Positions 11,801 through 26,346 are shown, counted from the first letter of the stretch. The stretch is 64,000 bases of DNA from Octopus sinensis (GCF_006345805.1 NC_043003.1:3596001-3660000); one strand, 5' to 3'. The notes: generated by a model from the letters alone, not told the origin. Numbers and translations: made by a program.

Positions 11801-14800
11801 ATCTAGTGACCCCAGACTGGTAGAATCAACCCCATCTAGTGACCCCAGACTGGTAGAACCAACCCCATCTAGTGACCCCAGACTGGTAGAACCAACCCCA
11901 TCTAGTGACCCCAGACTGGTAGAACCAAATCCATCTAGTGACCCCAGACTGGTAGAACCAACCCCATCTAGTGACCCCAGACTGGTAGAACCAACCCCAT
12001 CTAGTGACCCCAGACTGGTACAACCAAATCCATCTAGTGACCCCAGACTGGTAGAATCAACCCCATCTAGTGACCCCAAACTGGTAGAATCAACCCCATC
12101 TAGTTACCCCTGGGTGTTAAAACCGGCCTCAAATACTTACCCCAGGTAAACAAAAGAGGTATTCATCTGCATCTTCTTTCCGTACAGCAATAAACTCCAA
12201 GACTCGTTTCCCATCGACATAGAGATAGTTGGTTGGCTGAAAATCTGCAGTATATTTGCGTCTCCATCTGGTCACAACACCTCGAATCACATGATTGGGA
12301 CCCCAGCGCCATAATGAACCTTTACCTCGAATACCCGTGCGACCCATTGGATTTCTGAAATGGAAAAAGTTCTTTTCAGTAAATGATTTTTTTTTTTTAA
12401 TATGGTACAATTTTTCCTCTACATGATGGTAATGATGATGATGATGATGATGATGATGATGGTGATTGTGATTATAATAGTGATGGTAATGATGGTGGTG
12501 ATCATGATGATGGTGATTATTATCATCACAATTATTATAATCATTGACCCTCTCCCCACCACATAGCAATCATCATCATCATCATCATCATCGTTTAGCG
12601 TCCGTTTTCCATGCTAGCATGGGTTGGACGGGTCAACTGGGGTCTGTGAAGCTGGAAGGCTTCGTCAGGCCCAGTCAGATCTGGCAGTGTTTCTACGGCT
12701 GGATGCCCTTCCTAACGCCAACCACTCCGCGAGTGTAGTGGGTGTTTTTTACGTGCCACCTGCACAGGTGCCAGGAGCTGGTGAACGGCCACGAACGGAT
12801 GGTGCTTTTACGTGTCACCCGCTCGGGGCAGGCGATCTGGCAACGGACACGAACGGATGGTGCTTTTACGTGCCACCGACACGGGGCCAGACAGAGCTGG
12901 CAACCGGCCACGAACGGACGTGCTTTACGTGTCACTGGCACGGGGGCCAGCCGAGGCTGGCAATGGATGCGAACGGATGGTGCTTTTACGTGCCACCGAC
13001 ACGGTTGCCAGTCAGAGCTGGCAACGCCACGAGCGGACGGTGCTTTTACTTTTGTCACCGGCACGGGGGCCAGCCGAGGCTGGCAACGGACGCGAACAGA
13101 TGTGCTTTTACGTGCCACCGACACGGTTGCCAGACAGAGCTGGCAAACGGCCACGATGGACGGTGCTTTTACGTGTCACCGGCACGGGGGCCAGCCGAGG
13201 CTGGCAACGACACGGACGGATGGTGCTTTTACGTGCCACCGACACGGGGCCAGACAGAGCTGGCAAATGGCCACGAACGGATGGTGCTTTTACATGCCCC
13301 CGACACGGGGCCAGACAGAGCTGGCCAACGTATGAACGGACGTACTTTTACGTGTCACCGCACGGGGCCAGGCGAGGCTGGCAACGAACACGAACGGATG
13401 GCGCTTTTACGTGCCACCGACACGGGGCTAGGCAGAGCTGGCAAACGGCCATGAGCGAATGGTGCTTTTACGTATCACCGGCACGGGTGCCAATGACTTG
13501 GCAAAATCTTTAGAGCCTTGTATAAAACACAACCATTATTTAGCGATGGCCCTTTATGTCCTGGGTTCAAATCACACCTAGGTTGACTTTGTGTTCATTA
13601 TTCAGGTCAGGTGACATACGGGTACATATGCTGTTGCATTGCATCACTCCATTTGCCAGTATTTGCTCAAATTGTCCCGGGTGACCCCCTGAACTGTGTC
13701 CCAGTCAGTCCCCATCTCGTCTGCCATGGTTCTCTGGTATGTAGTTGGCCAATACCAGCTGTGACCCTAGCTCTTCAGCAGAAGTCTTCAGAGAAGGGGA
13801 CATGATAGGTGGGATTCGACTCAGAAAGTGAAGCAACACTACCAAACAGGCTGAGCTGAGGCCCCTAAATCAATCAAGTAACAGGACTAATCTCATTTCT
13901 AATTAAAGTTGATTGGATACAAAACCTGACCAATAGGTTCGTTATTCCAAGGTTGATAAAATAAAGTAACAGTGAAATAATGGAGTTCATTTAAGATTCC
14001 TATAAACTATTTTAGATGTGAATGAAGAAGACCTCCATGTCCACTACCCAGCAAATCCTATCCTCAACCCCACCTGGGACCCCACAGAAAGCTTCTACTC
14101 CAATGGGAACCATTGAAGTCGGACTGACAGGTGAGAAGAAATTTTCTTTGTCCTGTCAAAAAATGATAAATCATCTCCCATTGACCAACGACCTTAAGCA
14201 TGTCAGGTGAAGTTCAAATGGACAGGAGCTGACCTATTTAGACACAATCTCTCCTGCTGTATGTCTGTCATTCTAGCTGTTATGAATACTGTGGTCAGCA
14301 AAGGGACAGGCAGAAAGGATCGGGACACGAGGTAGCCTGCTACTTTCTCAGATGAACAACGCACACACACACAATACATGTTTACTTCCACCACATCACA
14401 TCCACAGATGGACCCTGTTTTTATTCCTCCCAACTCGTAGCAGTTGACAACAAATCAATGTAGTGAAAAATTGTGTATACCAACAGCAAATGCAAGTTTC
14501 GTTTCACATCTGCTTTCCATGCTAGCATGGGTTGGACGATTTTGACTGAGGACTGGTGAACCAGATGGCTGCACCAGGCTCCAATCTTGATTTGGCATGA
14601 CTTCTACAGCTGGATTCCCTTCCTAACGCCAACCACTCCAAGTGTGTAGTGGGTGCTTTTTACGTGCCACCAGCACGGGGGTATAGCAAAGTCTAGTAAA
14701 TAAATTATTTAAACTATAAATCAATGTCATTGGTTTATTTACTTTGAAGGCATCCACATGCCTTTCACATCCGTTTACTTCAACACATTCTGATACGTCC

Positions 14801-16717
14801 TTAACCCCTACATGTTCTTTGAGAAGAAACCTAATTCAAGGTACTTTTTACAGATCACTTTTTACTCACTGTTTTCTAAACCCGCCTGTGTCAGGTCAGT
14901 GGCACCTGTGCCAGTGGCATGTAAAAAGCACACCATACAAAAATATACTCTTGGAGTGGTTGGTATTAGGAAGGGCATCCAGCTGTAGAAACCTTACCAA
15001 ATCAGACTGGGACCTGGTGCAGCTCCTCAGCTTGCCAGTTTTCAGTCAAACTGTCCAACCCATACCAGCATGGAAAGCAGATATTAAAGAAAAAGAAGAA
15101 GAAGAAGAAGAAGGAGGAGGAGGAGAGGAGGAGGAGGAGGAGGAGAGAGGAGGAGGAGAAGAAAAGAAGAAGAAGAAGAAGAAGGAGAAAAAGAAGGAGA
15201 AGAAGAAGAAGAAGAAGAAGAAGAAGAAGAAGAAGGAGAAGAAAAAAAGAAGAAGGAGAAAAAGAAGAGGAAGAAGAAGAAGAATGTGGGTGCAAATTTT
15301 GATTTTGCACTCTACAAAAATTTTAGCAGGTGCAAGCACACTCTCTGCATCCCCTGTTCCCGGGCCCATGCCTGTCATGGTACCTGTTTACAGCTGTGTG
15401 AACTGAGCCAATGGCATAATACAAGTTACAGATTTACAGTTTTCGCTATCAGTAAGCCAACACTTTGTCCCTTTATCCTGTTGGATTTATCTCAGTTGGG
15501 GTCACCAACCAGTTTAAGTGACCCCAAACAACCTCCCATTCTCTGTAACCAAAACCAAAAAGAGAAACCTTGGCACTTACTGAGGAACTCCAGAAGGATC
15601 TAATTTATATCGGACAGGCTGAGAATCTATTGTTATCCAAGACCTCCGGTCTACCTCTCGTGTAGCATTTCCTTGTCGATATGTAACCACTGCATTCCAC
15701 ATTGGTCGGAAATTAGGGAGTGCAGGTTGTTCAGCTCTTTCTTCTTCTGTCATTTGGGCTCGGAGTTCTTCAAGGGCCCGTAACCTGCAATCAGAGGTAA
15801 ATTTTGGCAGATGATTATGGCAGGAGATGAAAGAAAATCCAGATGGCTTTTGAAATAATAATTATGAAAATTTAAATTAGAAAAATATATAAAATAAAAG
15901 AATAATCAATTTTTTTTTCTAATGAGATTATATTGATTTGTTTCTTGTAATATTAAGGAATAAACTTTATTGTGTGTAGGGGTCATTACTGATTTCTTTA
16001 TTGCCCACAAGGGGCTAAACACAGAGGGGACAAACAAGGACAGGCAAAGGGATTAAGTCGATTACATCGACCCCAGTGCATTACTGGTACTTATTTAATC
16101 GACCCCGAAAGGATGAAAGGCAAAGTTGAAGTCGGCGGAATTTGAACTCAGAACGTAATGGCAGATGAAATACCACTAAGCATTTCACCTGGCGTGCTAA
16201 CGTTTCTGCCAGCTCACTGCCTTATTTTTTTGGGTGGAGCTTAGGTGTTTCGCTCATAAACACACACATCGCCCAGTCTGAGATTCGAATCTGTGATCCC
16301 TTGATCACGAGTCTGCTGCTCTAACCACTAGGCCATGTTCCTCCACTAAGGAGAGTCATTATGCCAATAAAAATTAAAACAAACATGCACTGGTTCAATA
16401 CCACTTCTTTATTTTACCAACTGCCCCAACTCTCTCCACTAAATTATTTTCTAAAAAAGCAAAACAAGAATATTCATACAGACACAAGCATAGCTGTGTG
16501 GTTGAGAAGTTCACTTCCTAACCATATGGTTCTGGGTTCAATCCCACTGCATGGCACCTTGGGCAAGTGTCTTCTACTATAGCCTCAGGCTGACCAAAGC
16601 TTTGTGTGTGGATTTGGTAGACGGAAACAGAAGCCTTTCAATCATAATGTATATATATATATACATATATATATATACATATAGATATATATACACAATA
16701 TATATACACAAATATAT

Positions 16718-16780
<63 letters not shown>

Positions 16781-17034
16781 CATATTGTGTATATATATAT
16801 GTATAAATGTATAAAACCATAGTTAGGAGGTTTGAGAGGTGACGATATATTTATTTAACCACATGACTTCCATTGCATTACATCTGTTTCACATGTAGTA
16901 TTAATTTTAGTATGCAAAAAGTTATGAGTAAATGTTTATATGAATAAATATGCTCAGCATTATACAGTACAATTTTATATTTACAAATAATGCAAAGAAA
17001 GAAAGCAAGCTCATCAGATCACTGAAACATCATG

Positions 17035-17075
<41 letters not shown>

Positions 17076-19082
17076 GTGTAATGGGTAAATTGTCGCCATT
17101 TTATATTTTTTATTTCATGCATGCGCATTGTTTGTTTTCAATTTTGTTGACTACACAGTACAGTAGGGTCATTGGGCACCGTCTGTGAGAAAAACAGCAC
17201 CATCACACAATTCATTCTCTTAGAAATTTGGAAACCAGATGCTGTGCTGCTGGAATTTACACAGGAAGATCCAAAATGAACATTTCAAAGTGTTTGGGTG
17301 TCAATCTGAGGACATGTATCGAAAGCAATAAAAGTCAAACATCCAGTCAACCTCATGGTGTTTGGATTGATCACTAGTGATGGTAACACTATGCCTCCAT
17401 TCATCTTCCCACACAGCCTTACACTCAACACAGAGGTCTGCATCAAGTGCTTGGAGGAGGTAGCACAACCCTGAATCAAGAGGGTGGCTGCTGGAAGACC
17501 CTATGTCTGGCAACAGGACTCTGCACCATGCCACACAAGCAGGAGAACCCAGTCGTAGCTGTCAGACAATTTCTGTGAGCACACCACCCCTAACATCAGG
17601 CCACCTAACTCCCCTATGATTATCTTATGTAGGGAACAGTTGACCGAGAAACCAACAAAACTCCTTCTAACTCCAAAGATGAACTGAAGGCAAGGGTTAT
17701 GGCAGCATTCACCAGCTTAATCAAGGTCACCATCCAGAAGAGTTGCAGGAGATTCCGAAATCATCTGGAGGCCGTGGTTGAAGACAATTGCGATTTTATT
17801 GAATACATTTACTTTTCAGTATTTCAAGATATTTTTATGTAATTTTGGTAAATATATCTGTTAAAATGAGATATGAGTGTTATTTTCATTTGCATAATTT
17901 AGATAACAATTTATTCACTGCACTTATATATATATATAATTGGAACAAAAATGCAATAGAAGGCATTAAAACGTTGGACAGATAGACGATACAAAGGTGG
18001 ACAAGAGAAACAACAATTAGAACAACAGGCAAAAAAAAGAAAGACGGGTCATTCTTGGCTTTCTTTCATCAGTCAAGTACCAGAATTCACGACCATTTCG
18101 GACAGTTACACTTGAGATGGTTCGATCTGGCTGCCCCCCCAAAAAGTCTAAGCTAACTGCATTAGACCTCTTTGTAAGAAAGCTAGTGAATGTGTAGGCA
18201 GCAAAGACAAAAAAGCAAATAAGCAAAAAAAAAAAAAAAAACGGAGAACATAGTACACAATTATGAATACAAACAATAAGAAATAACAACAGGCGTCTTT
18301 TGACTGAGAACGGGTCAAATTGAGCTGGCGTGTATGAAGTGAAAGCCTAAAGGCAGGAACATGAGATAATTACACACATCTTCTTGATAGGGAACACTAG
18401 TTTTTATTTTATTCACAAGAGAACATCAGAAGCTATTGATCTACTCTTGGAGGCAACTATTTTACTGCAGTAGATCTTGGAAGGTAAGCATCTTTGTTAG
18501 AACATGGTCAATGATAATCTGATGATCATGTGACCATCAGCTCTAATCTGTTAGCTGTAACTATGTAAAACAACTGTAGGGGACATAAACAGACATGCAA
18601 GAGGACAAGGAACAGATATGTAGAGATTTAACCATTTAGCATTTAAACCGGTTATATTTGGCTAAAATATTCTACCTGTTTTATGTCCAAACTGGCCAGG
18701 TCTGGCCTCTTGTACTTGACCCTCCAATGTCATACTAAAACTAAGCTACCAGACATTCCATGATTAATTCAAAACAATGAGAATGAATAAGTATTACATT
18801 TGACAGAATAAGCCTGATGTTAAATGGTTAATGTCAAATGGTTAACGTCAAATGGTTAATGTCAAATGGTTAATCATTAAATAGAGTGGGAAGAGTTAAG
18901 AGGGTAAAAGTAAATGTTTTCAATAGTAAAACTGTACTTACTCAAAGATATCTTCATCAACAAACACAATTTCATATTCCAGAAATTGGTCTTTTGGTTT
19001 GGTGTATGTTTTAGGATCATACACATCGTAAATACTCTGTAAAAAGAGATATGTTCAGTATAATATATATGATATATATACA

Positions 19083-19115
<33 letters not shown>

Positions 19116-19274
19116 GCATGGTGAGACATAGACACATCATATATACTCTGTGAAGAAGAAATATATTGTACACAGGGTATATATACACATGACAAAGAGA
19201 GACATATTTCATGCATCATATATACAACAGCAAGGAGATATATATATATATATATACACACATTATATGTGTGT

Positions 19275-19324
<50 letters not shown>

Positions 19325-20394
19325 CCCATGCTAGCATGGAAAGCAGACATTAACAATGATGATGATGATGATGACACACACACACACACACACACATTAT
19401 ATATATATATATGTGTGTGTGTGTGTATCATCATCATCATCATTTAACGTCTGTTGTCCATGCCGGCATGGCTTGGAGGGTTTGACCAGGGCTGGTATGC
19501 TAGAAGGCTGCACCAGACTCCACTTCCATTTGGCGTGGTTTTCTACAGCCAGATGCTCTTCCTAACGCCAACCACTCTGAGAGTGTAATGGGTGCTATTA
19601 TGTGCCACTGGCACGGGTGCCATTTGTGTGACACTGAGGTGCAACTATGTGCCACCTGCATGGGTACCAATTTGCCACAGCTGCACTTTTGCTCAGCTTG
19701 ATGGGTTTTCTTCTCAAGCCTGACATAGTGCCAATGGTCTTGGTCAATTGCTTCTGTGAGACCCAACACTCGAAAGGAACTCAGCCACCTTGCTTCCATG
19801 GGCCCCAACACTCAAAATAATAATAATGATAATAATAATAATAATAATAAATAATAATAATAATAATCATAATAATAATAATAAATAATAATAATAAGTG
19901 TTATCATGTACATGTTTTGTCTTGCTATAGAAAATGGTCTACAGCAAATATTCTGCACAATACCATAGACTTGCTTGTCAGTTGTTTGACCGTAACCAGT
20001 TGAACATGTCCCTTAGTGGCTGACAATATGTACATCTCTGACCATGAGCAGAAGTAGTGGGGGAGCATCGTAGCTATATGCTGAGAGGAATTCTTTTGAG
20101 GTTTGGATAATTCACTTCTGGAAACAACGTTTTTTCATTCAATATCCTTAAACAACCCTTATTTAGGGACCTTTTGTGAAAGATGGGCTAGTTGACCTGA
20201 AGAAAATTCTAACTGGGTCCCACCTGCAAGGTCATGCGCTGTTTATCTTGATATGAGATCACCATGTCGTGCACATATGGTTGTGATGCCTGTGTCTAGT
20301 GTACCCTTATCAGACGCGTAGTCATGATGGGTATACTGGGCTTCGTATATTTTACCCCAGAGTCACTTTGATGGCATGCACTGCTCTCTCACAC

Positions 20395-20447
<53 letters not shown>

Positions 20448-22072
20448 GCCCTTGCTGCTTTGTAGGATAATTAATTGAGCATTTAACTAAGATTAAGGGG
20501 GTAAACTCCAACAAAAACTCCAGAGGGACAGGCCCAAAAGCCGATATGTTTGGTTATACTTAACCAATAACCAGCATCCCCTGAGGCTCCATGGATGCTG
20601 CGACTGTATTGATGTATCCTTTGTTCATGGAATATCCAGGGATGGAAAGGTTGATAAGAAAGGTATACTTGGGACTCAGCAACTGCTTCTAGAAACAGCC
20701 CAGGCCCCAGCAGAAGTGGTCATGTGACTGTATCTACGAATACTGCTGACCAATGAAGGAAAAAGGACATGTCCTTGATTCAGCAAAATCACATTTAAAG
20801 ACGTTCCAGTGGTGACCATCAAATTTTTTCCCAATGACAAGGTATCCAGAACCACATTATGATTGGCAGTGTGGAATTTAAGGGTGATTTGACTGCTATT
20901 TCAAGTAAGTGCAAGTGACTACATAGAGGTTCCATTGTTGGCTTACGATTAGGACAGTGATGGTGATAATGACAGTGATATAGAAATTCAGGGTATTCCC
21001 CACCCGGCCCCACTCCAAGATGCTCCAACATGGCCTTGTCCAACAGACAAGAGAGACAACAACAACACCAAAATCAACAACAACTCGGACTTACTTCCCA
21101 AGGCACATATTTATCAAAGACTGGGAATCGAGCAAGTTTAGTTCCAGGGTAGGGAGACTGTCGTGAGGCAACATGGAGACTCTGACCTTTCGTACTGGAC
21201 ACACCTTGGACATCTGTGAATATAAAACACGGATACATATACATATAAGATGCTGTTTATAACCATAAGACAAATTTTGTGGATGTAGCAAGTCTCCATA
21301 CTCTTCATTATTGATATTAGTATTAATATACACTCCAGACAACTTTTATTGTCCAGCGAAGAATTACCCAACGGGAAGAATTCACAGAAAGATTAACAAC
21401 TAAATGTAGACACAGATGTTAGATACTGACCTCGTTGTGGTTAGCCGTTAACTGGAACTTAATTGAGAGCTAATATGGTAGCTGTCCGGATAATATATCC
21501 CTTCAAACTAATTATATATATATATATATATATAAACGGCAGTTTGTCTGTGTGTGTTTCTGTGTGTCTGTTTGGTTGTACCCTCACCCTGACCACTGCT
21601 TTCAACCGATTCTGATGAAACTTGACACACACATAGCCCAATGTCATAATTCAAAACTAACGCAGCGAAAATTTTGAAAAGTTCCTCCAGTTCTGAAAAA
21701 AATCGATAAATTCGACATGGGGTCGAGAATCAGAAACACAAACCGCAGACTGTCTAGGGGACGCAACTCGACCTTTTTTAACTCACAAAAAAAATTTACC
21801 ATAATTTTTTTCCCATTTTTTTGCTATTTTTTGGCTATAACTCTCTAAAAATGCTTTATAGTTATTTCCCTTACAAACCTGAGCAACGCCGGGCGACACT
21901 GCTAGTATATATATATATATATATATACAATACCAAAATTGGACAAGAATGCAAAACATCCAGACAGTTAGATAATACAAAAAAGGGACAACAAAACATC
22001 CAGACAGATGATACAAAAAAACAAGGACTGGTCATTTGGAGTTTTCTTTCTTCAGTTGAGTTCCAGATTATG

Positions 22073-22103
<31 letters not shown>

Positions 22104-22318
22104 GTGACCTTGTGAGTACCTTTGGCGATTTTTCTCCTCTGTTTTCCCTTCTCGGGATCTTTCCTTCTCCTTTGTTTCCGACGAAGAGCTCCGCTCGAAA
22201 CGTCAAACCCTCCTTCTTCCCTTCTTTCCTGAGCGTCCAATAATACTTTATTTGTTCCACGTCCTCGCGTTGTTGTGTTTTTTGGCTTTTTTGCGTTTTC
22301 TTGTTTGGATTAACTATA

Positions 22319-22351
<33 letters not shown>

Positions 22352-23105
22352 AATATATATACACACACACACACAGACGCATGCATATATTGTGTGTGTG
22401 TATATATATGTTATATACACAATATCTATAAAACAAGAAGATGTAATGAGGAGGCTTTAATCATAAATCACAACAACTGTTTCTGTGCAATGGTAAAAGC
22501 TGTTAATTGCTGAGTTTTCTAAATCATTCTGTTGCATAAAATATTTTTTTAATAATTACATAAATAAATATGATCCAACAACTGCCGTGTGCCGGCACTT
22601 CAAATGCCATATGAGGAAAAGGCGTTGAAAATCTATGGAAAAAATTCCTATTAAAGGATGAAGATAAATTCATCCGGATATTTGGCTCATGATTGGAAAA
22701 ATCCAAAGTCTTACAGCTGTTTCTGGGATATCTCAGGGTATGGGATATTCAGTCATCAGAGACAAATAGGGAAAATGAGAAGGGTGTAGAATAATGAAAT
22801 GGCAACAGAGAGGACATATGCATGTAACCCATGCTAGCATCGAAAACGGACATTAAATGATGATGATAATGATGATATATATATTACTCTTTTACTCTTT
22901 TACTTGTTTCAGTCATTTGACTGCAGCCATGCTGGAGCACCGCCTTTAGTCGAGCAACTCGACCCCGGGACTTATTCTTTGTAAGCCCAGTACTTATTCT
23001 ATCGGTCTCTTTTTGCCGAACCGCTAAGTGACAGGGACGTAAACACACCAGCATCGGTTGTCAAGCAATGCTAGAGGGACAAACACAGACACACAAACAC
23101 ACACA

Positions 23106-23178
<73 letters not shown>

Positions 23179-23466
23179 GATAGATAGATATATATGACGG
23201 GCTTCTTTTCAGTTTCCATCTACCAAATCCACTCACAAGGCTTTGGTCGGCCTGAGGCTATAGCAGAAGACACTTGCCCAAGGTGCCACGCAGTGAGACT
23301 GAACCCGGAACCATGTGGTTGGTAAACAAGCTACTTACCACACAGCCACTGCTGCGCCTATATATATTGTTTCAAGGGAATTTTATTCCTCCAAAATACA
23401 AGGTATTGACCCAGTATTTCCTTGGATGCAACCATCCCTTCACGAGGTTAACATATCCTCTAATTA

Positions 23467-23520
<54 letters not shown>

Positions 23521-23715
23521 TATGATTCGCTATGATAGATCGCTAGCCACTAAATCTTTTTCTATTTTCTCTCTCTGCATATTTCTGTGTTCCTTTCTGT
23601 CGAAGAGCGTAGGCTCGAAACATAAAAGACTTTCTCCCTTCCCGAGCATTAAACTAATATATATGTTTGTTGTTTACACACCCATCTTTGTCTTTTTGTA
23701 TTTTTCGTAAATTCT

Positions 23716-23746
<31 letters not shown>

Positions 23747-24865
23747 ACATAAGGGGCATCAGCCATCTGAATGTGGCTAGGGACAGGGCAGGGTGGTGGG
23801 GGTGTTACTGATGCATTTAGCCCCAGGCGATCATCGACGTCACCTTGAGGGCTGACACCATCTCGGTGTCCTCTAGCCTGCAAAGGGAGATCATTCCCCG
23901 AAGATACGGATACTACATACGGACCAGGTTTTGAGGTATTTGCCTCTTATCAATGCATGGTAAGCACCGTTCTCCGACGAATAACTCTCTCTACAGGCCA
24001 TATATATAAGGATTTTCACAGTAAACACAGTCACTGATGTAGAAAAACCGTTCGAAAACAATAATAAATCTCTAAAATGGCTGATGCCCCTTATGTTATA
24101 GAGCAGTTACTGTTTATATCTCGTTTAGAGATTTATTATTATATATATATATATACATACATGAATACACAGGGAAGGAGAGTTGACTGTTGGTGGGGTG
24201 GTGGTGATAATGACAACAACAATAGACACTTTTAAATAATCAACAGAGATATATACATACATACACACAAATAAATATATATATATATATATTGGGGAGG
24301 GGGAGAAGACCTGACCAATGATAATGGTGCTGATAGTGGTGATGGTGGTGGTGGTGGTGGTAATGATAATGATGGTGGTAGCAGAGATGATAATGCAGGT
24401 GATGGTATTCATAATGTTGGTGATGATGATGATGATGATGATGGTAGTGGTGTTGGCAATACAGGTGATGATTATAGTGATAATGGTGATGATGGTGGTT
24501 ATGATAGTGAAAGTTGTGGCAGTGGTGGTGGTGGTGATGCTGTAAACATTGGTTGTGGTGATACTATGTTGATGTTGATGATGGTGATTGTGATGATGAT
24601 GATGATGATGATGATGTTGATGATGATGATGGTGATTGTGATGATGATGATGATGAAGTTTTGATAGATGCTAGAAAGAAGACAAACTCACCGGATTTAT
24701 CCAACATATGTTTGATATCTTCCAAGTATATTCTACTGGTCTGTAGCGCCCTCTCTAGTTCCACAACACGATCACTGAGGCGTTTAATGTTCTTCTTTTG
24801 AAGTTGCATATCATCTTTTAAATTGTTAACACTGAACCGCAACAAAAAGACATGGAAACACATTA

Positions 24866-24898
<33 letters not shown>

Positions 24899-26303
24899 TA
24901 TTATTATTATTATTATTTATTATTACTGATCAGTGCATGCCATCAAAGTAACAATGGGGTACAAATATACGAAGCCCAGTATACCCATCATGACTACCCG
25001 TCTGATATGGGTACACCAGGCACATGCATCACAACCAAATGTGTGCAACATGGTGATCTCATATCAAGATAAACAGCACATGACCTTGCAGATGGGGCCC
25101 AGCTAGAATTTTCTTCTGGTCCAGTAACCCATCCCGCTCAAAAGGTCCCTAAATAATAATAATAATAATAATAATAATAATTATTATTATTATTATTATT
25201 ATTATTACCTTTGGACAGCTTCTAACGCTGGAGATGTACTACGGTGTCGATTTATTTGACCGAACCCTTCGAGGTGGTGCCCCCCACCTTCAGCATGGCC
25301 ACAGTCCAATGACTGAAGCAAGTAAAAAGGGCAAGAGACAAAACATTATATTTTGACATCTGAAGGGGTGACCAAACATGGGACCATCCTCTGGACATTG
25401 GCCACCCTCTTGTGTGTTTATGATGCTACCAAGTGGTCACTGCTATTTCCCAGGTTTGCATTGGATGTTGATGATGATGATGACTCTTGCCCCAAACTCA
25501 TCCCTCATCTGTCAGACTCATAACCAAAAGCGTTCCCGATGGCACTTATTACCCAGTCTGACTCTCTTTGTTGTCTAGCTCCTAGTCAGCCTTGATGCCA
25601 AAGACTTAAGATCAAAGGCGCTCCAACTATGACCATCCCATCATTTATTTAGACATAGTGTATCCAGGATCAAATCATGCAGTTGTTGTTGCTTCACTGT
25701 TGGTCATCCTTGGTCCCACACATTTATGACTAAAGATGTTCCAGCCACAACCATTCTGGGAGGTCATGGATGGCAGAGACGATAGAGCATCAAGCGAAAT
25801 GTTACCTTGCTGTATTTAATTATGTCTCTTTATGTTCTGAGTTCAAATCCTGCTGAAGTCAGCTTGACTGTTCATCAGTTTGAGTTGATAACATGGTCTA
25901 TCAGTCAAATATTGGATGATGTAGTGCTAGTCTGCTATTCCCAGACAGGATGGTCACGATCAGAATGTCTTTGATTGTTACAGTTGGCTCAGTCAGAACC
26001 AAACAACATGTGTGACTTTCTTCAAACACTGTAGACTTCATGAGATCTTTACACTTAGTATGCACTCCCCTTATCCCTAGATACATAGACAGCAAAATAA
26101 AATTGAAAAAAAAATACTTACATTTCTGCTTGCTTCTTTGGGAATTCAGACATCTTTTGTTGAGTTTCTAAAGTTAAAGAATACTCTTTTGCACATTTCT
26201 TCCAGTAGCTGTAATCTTCTGATCTTTTCAGACGTTGACTAGCTCGATGCGACGAAGAAGAAGCTTCAGGCTGAGGGGAAAAAATGGAGAAATCTTCATG
26301 TTT

Positions 26304-26346
<43 letters not shown>

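Noticed and set aside
11252-12079. 275-aa ORF ([11 protein letters not shown])n
   Set aside because: Intronic 33-bp VNTR; no ATG, an in-frame TAA just upstream, and no in-phase splice link to the TRP frame.
18045-18105. Recurrent minus-strand CCGAAAT...CTGA(T/A)GA motif (also about 30175-30235 and 43160-43210) as a type II hammerhead
   Set aside because: Stems I and III do not pair consistently across the three copies; kept only as probable PLE-end relics.
4937-21213. Separate NUDT9 gene or an enzymatically active TRPM2 orthologue
   Set aside because: The exons are phase-continuous with the channel exons and the Nudix catalytic motif is absent.
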